DNA of 64,000 nucleotides, taken from NCBI GenBank assembly GCA_964016885.1, contig OZ024743.1, positions 141,298,001 to 141,362,000 of the forward strand, read 5' to 3'. The notes beneath the pieces are model-generated. The model was given only the letters and a program-made list of their open reading frames with translations. It did not search any database and had not been told where the DNA came from. Shown here piece after piece: positions 51,040 to 61,800 of this stretch. A program made the translations under genes and the position numbers. Origin of the DNA: Eledone cirrhosa (Eukaryota). Within the stretch, counting starts at the first letter, position 1, and each line of letters begins with the position of its first letter.

Positions 51040-52300
51040 GGTGCTTGGTGTTTGGTGCTTGGTGCCTGGTGCTTGGTGTTTGGTGATTGGTGCTTGATGC
51101 TTGGTTCTTGGCGTTAGGTGTTTGGTGCTTGGTGCTTGGTGTTTGATGTTTGGTCCTTGGTGCTTGGTGTTTGGTGTTTGGTGCTTGGTGCTTGTTGTTT
51201 GGTGTTTGGTGCTTGCTGCTTGCTGCTTGGTGTTTGGTGCTTGGTGTTTTGTGCTTGATGCTTGGTGTTTGTTGTTTGGTGCTAGGGGCTTAGTGCTTGG
51301 TGCTTGGTGTTTGGTGCTTGGTGCTTGCTGTTTGGTGTTTGGTGCTTGGTGCGTGGGACTTAGTGTTTGGTGTTTGGTGCTTGGTGTTTGGTGCTTGGTG
51401 TTTGGGGCTTGGTGTTCGGTGCTTGGTGCCTGGTGCTTGGGGCTTGGTGTTTGGTGTTTGGTGCTTGGTGCTTGGTGTTTGATGTTGGGTCCTTGGTGCT
51501 TGGTGCTTGGTGTTTGGTGCTTGGTGTTTGGTGCTTGGTGCTTGATGTTTGGTGTTTGGTTCTTGGTGCTTGGTGTTTGGTGTTTGGTGTTTGGTGCTTG
51601 GTGCTTGGTGCTTGGTGTTTGGTGCTTGGTGCATGGTGCTTGGTGCTGCGTGCTTGGTGTTTGGTGTTTGGTGCTTGGTGTTTGGTGCTTGGTGCCTGGT
51701 GCTTGGTGTTTGGTGATTGGTGCTTGATGCTTGGTTCTTGGCGTTAGGTGTTTGGTGCTTGGTGCTTGGTGTTTGATGTTTGGTCCTTGGTGCTTGGTGT
51801 TTGGTGTTTGGTGCTTGGTGCTTGTTGTTTGGTGTTTGGTGCTTGCTGCTTGCTGCTTGGTGTTTGGTGCTTGGTGTTTTGTGCTTGATGCTTGGTGTTT
51901 GTTGTTTGGTGCTAGGGGCTTAGTGCTTGGTGCTTGGTGTTTGGTGCTTGGTGCTTGCTGTTTGGTGTTTGGTGCTTGGTGCGTGGGACTTAGTGTTTGG
52001 TGTTTGGTGCTTGGTGTTTGGTGCTTGGTGTTTGGGGCTTGGTGTTCGGTGCTTGGTGCCTGGTGCTTGGGGCTTGGTGTTTGGTGTTTGGTGCTTGGTG
52101 CTTGGTGTTTGATGTTGGGTCCTTGGTGCTTGGTGCTTGGTGTTTGGTGCTTGGTGTTTGGTGCTTGGTGCTTGATGTTTGGTGTTTGGTTCTTGGTGCT
52201 TGGTGTTTGGTGTTTGGTGTTTGGTGCTTGGTGCTTGGTGCTTGGTGTTTGGTGCTTGGTGCATGGTGCTTGGTGCTGCGTGCTTGGTGTTTGGTGTTTG
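51040..52300. repeat. 630-bp tandem duplication (90 monomers)
   Basis: GCGTGGGACTTAG at 51351 and 51981. Identical ORFs 51290/51920 and 51297/51927. Confidence 0.95.
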
Positions 52301-53214
52301 GTGCTTGGTGCCTGGTGCTTGTTGTTTGGTGTTTGGTGCTTAATGCTTGGTGTTTGGTGTTTGGTGCTTGGTGCTTGGTGGCTGGTGTTTGGTGCTTGGT
52401 GTTTGGAGTTTGCTGCTTGGTGCTTGGTGCCTGGTGTTTCGTGCTTGGTGCTTGGTGCTTGGTGTTTCGTGTTTGGTGCTTGGTGTTTGGTGCTTGGTGC
52501 TTGGTGCTTGGTGCTTGGTGTTTGGTGCTTGGTGTTTGATGCTGCGTGCTTGGTGTTTGGTGTTTGGTGCTTGGTGCTTGGTGTTTGGTGTTTGGAGCTT
52601 GGTGCCTGGTGCTTGTTGTTTGGTGTTTGGTGCTTGGTGCTTGGTGATTGGTTTTTGGTGCTTGGTGCTTAGTGCTTGGTATCTGGTGTTTGGTGCTTGA
52701 TGTTTGGTGTTTGGTGCTTGCTGCTTGGCGCTTGGTGTTTGGTGTTTGGTGCTTGGTGCTTGGTGTTTGGTGCTTGGTGTTTGTTGTTTTGTGTTTGGTG
52801 TTTGGTGTTTGGTACCTGGTGCTTGGTGCTTGGTGCTTGTTGTTTGGTGCTTGGTGCTTGGTGATTAGTGTTTGGTGCTTGGTGCTTGCGGTTTGGTGTT
52901 TGGTGCTTGGGGTTTGGTGTTTGCTGCTTGGTGCTTGGTGTTTGGTGCTTTGTGCTTGGTGCTTGGTGTTTGGTGCTTGGTGCTTGGAGTTTGGTGCTTG
53001 GTGCTTGGTGTTTGGTGTTTGGCATTTGCTGTTTGCTGTTTGCTTTTTGGTGTTTGCTGTTTGCTGTTTGTTCTTTGGTGTTTGCTGTTTGGTGCTTGAT
53101 GTTTGGTGCTTGGTGCTTGGCGTTTGGTGTTTGGTGTTTGGTGCTTGGTGCTTGGTGTTTGGTGCTTGGTGCTTGGTGTTTGATGTTTGGTCCTTGGTGC
53201 TTGGTGTTTGGTGT

Positions 53215-56200
53215 TTGGTGCTTGGTGTTTGGTGTTTGGTGTTTGGTGCTTGGTGCTTGGTGTTTGGTGCTTGCTGCCTGCTGCATGGGTTTTGGTGCTT
53301 GGTGATTGGTGCTTGGTGTTTTGCGCTTGGTGCTTGGTGTTTGGTGTTTGGTGTTTGGTGCTTGGTGCTTGGTGCTTGGTGCTTGGTGTTTGGTGCTGCG
53401 TGCTTGGTGTTTGGTGTCTGGAGTTTGGTGCTTGGTGCTTGGTGCCTGGTGTTTCGTGCTTGGTGCTTGGGGCTTGGTGTTTGGTGTTTGGTGCTTGGTG
53501 TTTGGTGCTTGGTGCCTGGTGCTTGGTGTTTGGTGCTTGGAGCTTGGTGTTTGGTGATTGGTGCTTGGTGTTTGGTGATTGGTGCTTGATGCTTGGTTCT
53601 TGGCGTTAGGTGTTTGGTGCTTGGTGCTTGGTGTCTGGAGTTTGGTGCTTGGTGCTTGGTGCCTGGTGTTTCGTGCTTGGTGCTTGGGGCTTGGTGTTTG
53701 GTGTTTGGTGCTTGGTGTTTGGTGCTTGGTGCCTGGTGCTTGGTGTTTGGTGCTTGGAGCTTGGTGTTTGGTGATTGGTGCTTGGTGTTTGGTGATTGGT
53801 GCTTGATGCTTGGTTCTTGGCGTTAGGTGTTTGGTGCTTGGTGCTTGGTGTTTGATGTTTGGTCCTTGGTGCTTGGTGTTTGGTGTTTGGTGCTTGGTGC
53901 TTGTTGTTTGGTGTTTGGTGCTTGCTGCTTGCTGCTTGGTGTTTGGTGCTTGGTGTTTTGTGCTTGATGCTTGGTGTTTGTTGTTTGGTGCTAGGGGCTT
54001 AGTGCTTGGTGCTTGGTGTTTGGTGCTTGGTGCTTGCTGTTTGGTGTTTGGTGCTTGGTGCGTGGGACTTAGTGTTTGGTGTTTGGTGCTTGGTGTTTGG
54101 TGCTTGGTGTTTGGGGCTTGGTGTTCGGTGCTTGGTGCCTGGTGCTTGGGGCTTGGTGTTTGGTGTTTGGTGCTTGGTGCTTGGTGTTTGATGTTGGGTC
54201 CTTGGTGCTTGGTGCTTGGTGTTTGGTGCTTGGTGTTTGGTGCTTGGTGCTTGATGTTTGGTGTTTGGTTCTTGGTGCTTGGTGTTTGGTGTTTGGTGTT
54301 TGGTGCTTGGTGCTTGGTGCTTGGTGTTTGGTGCTTGGTGCATGGTGCTTGGTGCTGCGTGCTTGGTGTTTGGTGTTTGGTGCTTGGTGCCTGGTGCTTG
54401 TTGTTTGGTGTTTGGTGCTTAATGCTTGGTGTTTGGTGTTTGGTGCTTGGTGCTTGGTGGCTGGTGTTTGGTGCTTCGTGTTTGGAGTTTGCTGCTTGGT
54501 GCTTGGTGCCTGGTGTTTCGTGCTTGGTGCTTGGTGCTTGGTGTTTCGTGTTTGGTGCTTGGTGTTTGGTGCTTGGTGCTTGGTGCTTGGTGCTTGGTGT
54601 TTGGTGCTTGGTGTTTGATGCTGCGTGCTTGGTGTTTGGTGTTTGGTGCTTGGTGCTTGGTGTTTGGTGTTTGGAGCTTGGTGCCTGGTGCTTGTTGTTT
54701 GGTGTTTGGTGCTTGGTGCTTGGTGATTGGTTTTTGGTGCTTGGTGCTTAGTGCTTGGTATCTGGTGTTTGGTGCTTGATGTTTGGTGTTTGGTGCTTGC
54801 TGCTTGGCGCTTGGTGTTTGGTGTTTGGTGCTTGGTGCTTGGTGTTTGGTGCTTGGTGTTTGTTGTTTTGTGTTTGGTGTTTGGTGTTTGGTACCTGGTG
54901 CTTGGTGCTTGGTGCTTGTTGTTTGGTGCTTGGTGCTTGGTGATTAGTGTTTGGTGCTTGGTGCTTGCGGTTTGGTGTTTGGTGCTTGGGGTTTGGTGTT
55001 TGCTGCTTGGTGCTTGGTGTTTGGTGCTTTGTGCTTGGTGCTTGGAGTTTGGTGCTTGGTGCTTGGTGTTTGGTGTTTGGCATTTGCTGTTTGCTGTTTG
55101 CTTTTTGGTGTTTGCTGTTTGCTGTTTGCTGTTTGGTGTTTGCTGTTTGGTGCTTGATGTTTGGTGCTTGGTGCTTGGCGTTTGGTGTTTGGTGTTTGGT
55201 GCTTGGTGCTTGGTGTTTGGTGCTTGGTGCTTGGTGCTGGGTGTTTGGTGCTTGGTGCTTGGTGTTTGGTGCTTGGTGCTTGTTGCTTGGTGTTTGGTCC
55301 TTGGTGCTTGGTGCTTGGGTTTTGGTGTTTGGTGCTTGCTGTTTGGTGCTTGCTCTTTGGTGCTTGGTGCTTGGTGATTCGTGTTTGGTGATTGGTGCTT
55401 GGGATTTGGTGTTTGGTGCTTGGTGTTTGGTGCTTGGTGCTTGCTGTTTGGTGTTTGGTGTTTGGTTTTGGTGCTTGGTGTTTGATGTTTGGTGTTTGGT
55501 GCTTGGTGCTTGGTGTTTGGTGCTGCGTGCTTGGTGTTTGGTGTTTGGTGCTTGGTGCCTGGTGCTTGTTGTTTGGTGTTTGGTGCTTAGTGCTTGGTGT
55601 TTGGTGTTTGGTGCTTGGTGGCTGGTGCTTGGTGCTTGGTGTTTCGTGCTTGGGGCTTGGTGCTTGGTGTTTGGTGTTTGGTGCTTGGTGTTTGGTGTTT
55701 GGTACTTGGTGCTTGGTGCTTGGTGCTTGGTGTTTGGTGCTTGGTGTTTGATGCTGCGTGCTTGATGTTTGGTGTTTGGTGCTTGGTACTTGGTGCTTGG
55801 TGTTTGGTGTTTGGTGCTTGGTGCTTGGTGTTTGGTGCTTGGTGTTTGGTGTTTGGTGTTTGATGCTTGGTGTTTGCTGCTTGGTGCTTGGTGCTTGGTG
55901 TTTTGTGTTTGGTGCTTGGTACTTGGTGATTAGTGTTTGGTGCTTGGTGCTTGCGGTTTGGTGTTTGGTGCTTGGGGTTTGGTGTTTGGTGCTTGGTGCT
56001 TGCTGCTTGGTGCTTGGTGTTTGGTGTTTGGTGTTTGGTGCTTGGTGCTTGGTGTTTGGTGCTTGCTGCCTGCTGCATGGGTTTTGGTGCTTGGTGATTG
56101 GTGCTTGGTGTTTTGCGCTTGGTGCTTGGTGTTTGGTGTTTGGTGTTTGGTGCTTGGTGCTTGGTGCTTGGTGCTTGGTGTTTGGTGCTGCGTGCTTGGT

Positions 56201-58818
56201 GTTTGGTGTCTGGAGTTTGGTGCTTGGTGCTTGGTGCCTGGTGTTTCGTGCTTGGTGCTTGGGGCTTGGTGTTTGGTGTTTGGTGCTTGGTGTTTGGTGC
56301 TTGGTGCCTGGTGCTTGGTGTTTGGTGCTTGGAGCTTGGTGTTTGGTGATTGGTGCTTGGTGTTTGGTGATTGGTGCTTGATGCTTGGTTCTTGGCGTTA
56401 GGTGTTTGGTGCTTGGTGCTTGGTGTCTGGAGTTTGGTGCTTGGTGCTTGGTGCCTGGTGTTTCGTGCTTGGTGCTTGGGGCTTGGTGTTTGGTGTTTGG
56501 TGCTTGGTGTTTGGTGCTTGGTGCCTGGTGCTTGGTGTTTGGTGCTTGGAGCTTGGTGTTTGGTGATTGGTGCTTGGTGTTTGGTGATTGGTGCTTGATG
56601 CTTGGTTCTTGGCGTTAGGTGTTTGGTGCTTGGTGCTTGGTGTTTGATGTTTGGTCCTTGGTGCTTGGTGTTTGGTGTTTGGTGCTTGGTGCTTGTTGTT
56701 TGGTGTTTGGTGCTTGCTGCTTGCTGCTTGGTGTTTGGTGCTTGGTGTTTTGTGCTTGATGCTTGGTGTTTGTTGTTTGGTGCTAGGGGCTTAGTGCTTG
56801 GTGCTTGGTGTTTGGTGCTTGGTGCTTGCTGTTTGGTGTTTGGTGCTTGGTGCGTGGGACTTAGTGTTTGGTGTTTGGTGCTTGGTGTTTGGTGCTTGGT
56901 GTTTGGGGCTTGGTGTTCGGTGCTTGGTGCCTGGTGCTTGGGGCTTGGTGTTTGGTGTTTGGTGCTTGGTGCTTGGTGTTTGATGTTGGGTCCTTGGTGC
57001 TTGGTGCTTGGTGTTTGGTGCTTGGTGTTTGGTGCTTGGTGCTTGATGTTTGGTGTTTGGTTCTTGGTGCTTGGTGTTTGGTGTTTGGTGTTTGGTGCTT
57101 GGTGCTTGGTGCTTGGTGTTTGGTGCTTGGTGCATGGTGCTTGGTGCTGCGTGCTTGGTGTTTGGTGTTTGGTGCTTGGTGCCTGGTGCTTGTTGTTTGG
57201 TGTTTGGTGCTTAATGCTTGGTGTTTGGTGTTTGGTGCTTGGTGCTTGGTGGCTGGTGTTTGGTGCTTCGTGTTTGGAGTTTGCTGCTTGGTGCTTGGTG
57301 CCTGGTGTTTCGTGCTTGGTGCTTGGTGCTTGGTGTTTCGTGTTTGGTGCTTGGTGTTTGGTGCTTGGTGCTTGGTGCTTGGTGCTTGGTGTTTGGTGCT
57401 TGGTGTTTGATGCTGCGTGCTTGGTGTTTGGTGTTTGGTGCTTGGTGCTTGGTGTTTGGTGTTTGGAGCTTGGTGCCTGGTGCTTGTTGTTTGGTGTTTG
57501 GTGCTTGGTGCTTGGTGATTGGTTTTTGGTGCTTGGTGCTTAGTGCTTGGTATCTGGTGTTTGGTGCTTGATGTTTGGTGTTTGGTGCTTGCTGCTTGGC
57601 GCTTGGTGTTTGGTGTTTGGTGCTTGGTGCTTGGTGTTTGGTGCTTGGTGTTTGTTGTTTTGTGTTTGGTGTTTGGTGTTTGGTACCTGGTGCTTGGTGC
57701 TTGGTGCTTGTTGTTTGGTGCTTGGTGCTTGGTGATTAGTGTTTGGTGCTTGGTGCTTGCGGTTTGGTGTTTGGTGCTTGGGGTTTGGTGTTTGCTGCTT
57801 GGTGCTTGGTGTTTGGTGCTTTGTGCTTGGTGCTTGGAGTTTGGTGCTTGGTGCTTGGTGTTTGGTGTTTGGCATTTGCTGTTTGCTGTTTGCTTTTTGG
57901 TGTTTGCTGTTTGCTGTTTGCTGTTTGGTGTTTGCTGTTTGGTGCTTGATGTTTGGTGCTTGGTGCTTGGCGTTTGGTGTTTGGTGTTTGGTGCTTGGTG
58001 CTTGGTGTTTGGTGCTTGGTGCTTGGTGCTGGGTGTTTGGTGCTTGGTGCTTGGTGTTTGGTGCTTGGTGCTTGTTGCTTGGTGTTTGGTCCTTGGTGCT
58101 TGGTGCTTGGGTTTTGGTGTTTGGTGCTTGCTGTTTGGTGCTTGCTCTTTGGTGCTTGGTGCTTGGTGATTCGTGTTTGGTGATTGGTGCTTGGGATTTG
58201 GTGTTTGGTGCTTGGTGTTTGGTGCTTGGTGCTTGCTGTTTGGTGTTTGGTGTTTGGTTTTGGTGCTTGGTGTTTGATGTTTGGTGTTTGGTGCTTGGTG
58301 CTTGGTGTTTGGTGCTGCGTGCTTGGTGTTTGGTGTTTGGTGCTTGGTGCCTGGTGCTTGTTGTTTGGTGTTTGGTGCTTAGTGCTTGGTGTTTGGTGTT
58401 TGGTGCTTGGTGGCTGGTGCTTGGTGCTTGGTGTTTCGTGCTTGGGGCTTGGTGCTTGGTGTTTGGTGTTTGGTGCTTGGTGTTTGGTGTTTGGTACTTG
58501 GTGCTTGGTGCTTGGTGCTTGGTGTTTGGTGCTTGGTGTTTGATGCTGCGTGCTTGATGTTTGGTGTTTGGTGCTTGGTACTTGGTGCTTGGTGTTTGGT
58601 GTTTGGTGCTTGGTGCTTGGTGTTTGGTGCTTGGTGTTTGGTGTTTGGTGTTTGATGCTTGGTGTTTGCTGCTTGGTGCTTGGTGCTTGGTGTTTTGTGT
58701 TTGGTGCTTGGTACTTGGTGATTAGTGTTTGGTGCTTGGTGCTTGCGGTTTGGTGTTTGGTGCTTGGGGTTTGGTGTTTGGTGCTTGGTGCTTGCTGCTT
58801 GGTGCTTGGTGTTTGGTG
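53215..58818. repeat. 2792-bp apparently perfect tandem duplication (399 monomers, one of them 6 bp)
   Basis: ORF pairs lying inside the block have identical translations at offset 2792 (53306/56098, 53810/56602, 54727/57519, 54947/57739, 55594/58386). GGTACC at 54890 and 57682. Confidence 0.95.
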
Positions 58819-61800
58819 CTTGGTGCTTGGTGTTTGGTGTTTGGTGCTTGGGGTTTGGTGTTTGGTGCTTGGTGCTTGGAGTTTGGTGCTTGGTGCTTGG
58901 TGTTTGGAGTTTGGTGCTTGGTGCTTGGTGCCTGGTGCTTGTTGTTTGGTGTTTGGTGCTTAGTGGTTGGTGTTTGGTGTTTGGTGCTTGGTGCTTGGTG
59001 GCTGGTGTTTGGTGCTTGGTGTTTGGAGTTTGGTGTTTGGTGCTTGGTGCCTGGTGTTTCGTGCTTGGTGCTTGGTGCTTGGTGTCTGGTGTTTGGTGCT
59101 TGGTGTTTGGTGTTTGGTACTTGGTGCTTGGTGCTTGGTGCTTGGTGTTTGGTGCTTGGTGTTTGATGCTGCGTGCTTGGTGTTTGGTGTTTGGTGCTTG
59201 GTGCTTGGTGTTTGGTATTTGGAGCTTGGTGCCTGGTGCTTGTTGTTTGGTGTTTTGTGCTTGGTGCTTGGTGTTTGGTGTTTGGCGTTTGGTGCTTGGT
59301 GCTTGGTATCTGGTTTTTGGTGCTTGATGTTTGGTGTTTGGTGCTTGGTGCTTGGTGCTTGGTGTTTGGTGTTTGGTGCTTGGTGCTTGGTGTTTGGTGC
59401 TTGGTGTTTGGTGTTTCGTGTTTGATGCTTGGTGTTTGCTGCTTGGTGCTTGGTGCTTGGTGTTTTGTGTTTGGTGCTTGGTGCTTGGTGCCTGCTGCTT
59501 GGTGCTTGGTGCTTGTTGTTTGGTGCTTGGTGCTTGGTGATTAGTGTTTGGTGCTTGGTGCTTGGTGCTTGGTGTTTGGTGCTTGGTGCTTGGTGTTTGG
59601 TGCTTGGTGCTTGGTGTTTGGTGTTTGGCGTTTGCTGTTTGCTGTTTGGTGTTTGGTGTTTGCTGTTTGGTGTTTGCTGTTTGGTGTTTGCTGTTTGGTG
59701 TTTGGTGTTTGGTGCTTGCTGTTTGGTGCTTGGTGCTTGGTGTTTGGTGTTTGGTGTTTGGTGCTTGGTGCTTGGTGTTTGGTGCTTGGTGCTTGGTGCT
59801 GGGTGTTTGGTGCTTGGTGCTTGGTGTTTGGTGCTTGGTGCTTGGTGCCTGGTGTTTGGTCCTTGGTGCTTGGTGCTTGGTGCTTGGTGCTTGCTGTTTG
59901 GTGTTTGGTGTTTGGTTCTTGGTGCTTGGTGTTTGGTGTTTGGTGTTTGGTGCTTGGTGCTTGGTGCTTGGTGTTTGGTGCTTGGTGCTTGGTGATTAGT
60001 GTTTGGTGATTGGTGCTTGGGGTTTGGTGTTTGGTGCTTGGTGTTTGGTGCTTGGTGCTTGCTGTTTGGTGTTTGGTGTTTGGTTCTTGGTGCTTGGTGT
60101 TTGGTGTTTGGTGTTTGGTGCTTGGTGCTTGGTGCTTGGTGTTTGGTGCTTGGTGCTTGGTGCTTGGTGTTTGGTGCTGCGTGCTTGGTGTTTGGTGTTT
60201 GGTGCTTGGTGCCTGGGGCTTGTTGTTTGGTGTTTGGTGCTTAGTGCTTGGTGTTTGGTGTTTGGTGCTTGGTGCTTGGTGGCTGGTGCTTGGTGCTTGG
60301 TGTTTGGAGTTTGGTGCTTGGTGCTTGGTGCCTGGTGTTTCGTGCTTGGTGCTTGGTGCTTGGTGTTTGGTGTTTGGTGTTTGGTGTTTGGTGTTTGGTA
60401 CTTGGTGCTTGGTGCTTGGTGTTTGGTGCTTGGTGTTTGGTGATTGGTGCTTGGTGCTTGGTGCTTGGTGCTTGGTGTTAGGTGTTTGGTCCTTGGTGCT
60501 TGTTGTTTGGTGTTTTGTGCTTGGTGCTTGGCGTTTGGTGTTTGGCGCTAGGGGCTTGGTGCTTGATGCTTGGTGTTTGGTGCTTGGTGCTTGCTGTTTG
60601 GTGTTTGGTGCTTGGTGCGTGGGAGTTAGTGTTTGGTGTTTGGTGTTTGGTGTTTGGTGCTTGGTGTTTGGTGCTTGGTGCTTGGTGTTTGGTGTTTGGT
60701 GCTTAGTGCTTGGGGCTTGGTGTTTGGTGCTTGGTGTTTGGTGTTTGGTGCTTGGTGCTTGGTGTTTGGCGCTTGGTGCTTGGTGCTTGGTGTTTGGTGC
60801 TTGGTGCTTGGTGCTTGGTGCTTGGTGATTAGTGTTTGGTGCTTGGTGCTTGGTGCCTGGTGCTTGGTGCTTGGTGCTTGTTGTTGGGTGCTTGGTGTTT
60901 GGTGCTTGGTGTTTGGTGCTTGGTGCTTGGTGCTTGGTGTTTGATGTTGGGTCCTTGGTGCTTGGTGCTTGGTGTTTGGTGCTTGGTGTTTGGTGCTTGG
61001 TGCTTGATGTTTGGTGTTTGGTTCTTGGTGCTTGGTGTTTGGTGTTTGGTGTTTGGTGCTTGGTGCTTGGTGCTTGGTGTTTGGTGCTTGGTGCATGGTG
61101 CTTGGTGCTGCGTGCTTGGTGTTTGGTGTTTGGTGCTTGGTGCCTGGTGCTTGTTGTTTGGTGTTTGGTGCTTAATGCTTGGTGTTTGGTGTTTGGTGCT
61201 TGGTGCTTGGTGGCTGGTGTTTGGTGCTTGGTGTTTGGAGTTTGCTGCTTGGTGCTTGGTGCCTTGTGTTTCGTGCTTGGTGCTTGGTGCTTGGTGTTTC
61301 GTGTTTGGTGCTTGGTGTTTGGTGCTTGGTGCTTGGTGCTTGGTGCTTGGTGTTTGGTGCTTGGTGTTTGATGCTGCGTGCTTGGTGTTTGGTGTTTGGT
61401 ACTTGGTGCTTGGTGTTTGGTGTTTGGAGCTTGGTGCCTGGTGCTTGTTGTTTGGTGTTTGGTGCTTGGTGCTTGGTGATTGGTTTTTGGTGCTTGGTGC
61501 TTAGTGCTTGGTATCTGGTGTTTGGTGCTTGATGTTTGGTGTTTGGTGCTTGCTGCTTGGCGCTTGGTGTTTGGTGTTTGGTGCTTGGTGCTTGGTGTTT
61601 GGTGCTTGGTGTTTGTTGTTTTGTGTTTGGTGTTTGGTGTTTGGTACCTGGTGCTTGGTGCTTGGTGCTTGTTGTTTGGTGCTTGGTGCTTGGTGATTAG
61701 TGTTTGGTGCTTGGTGCTTGCGGTTTGGTGTTTGGTGCTTGGGGTTTGGTGTTTGCTGCTTGGTGCTTGGTGTTTGGTGCTTTGTGCTTGGTGCTTGGTG

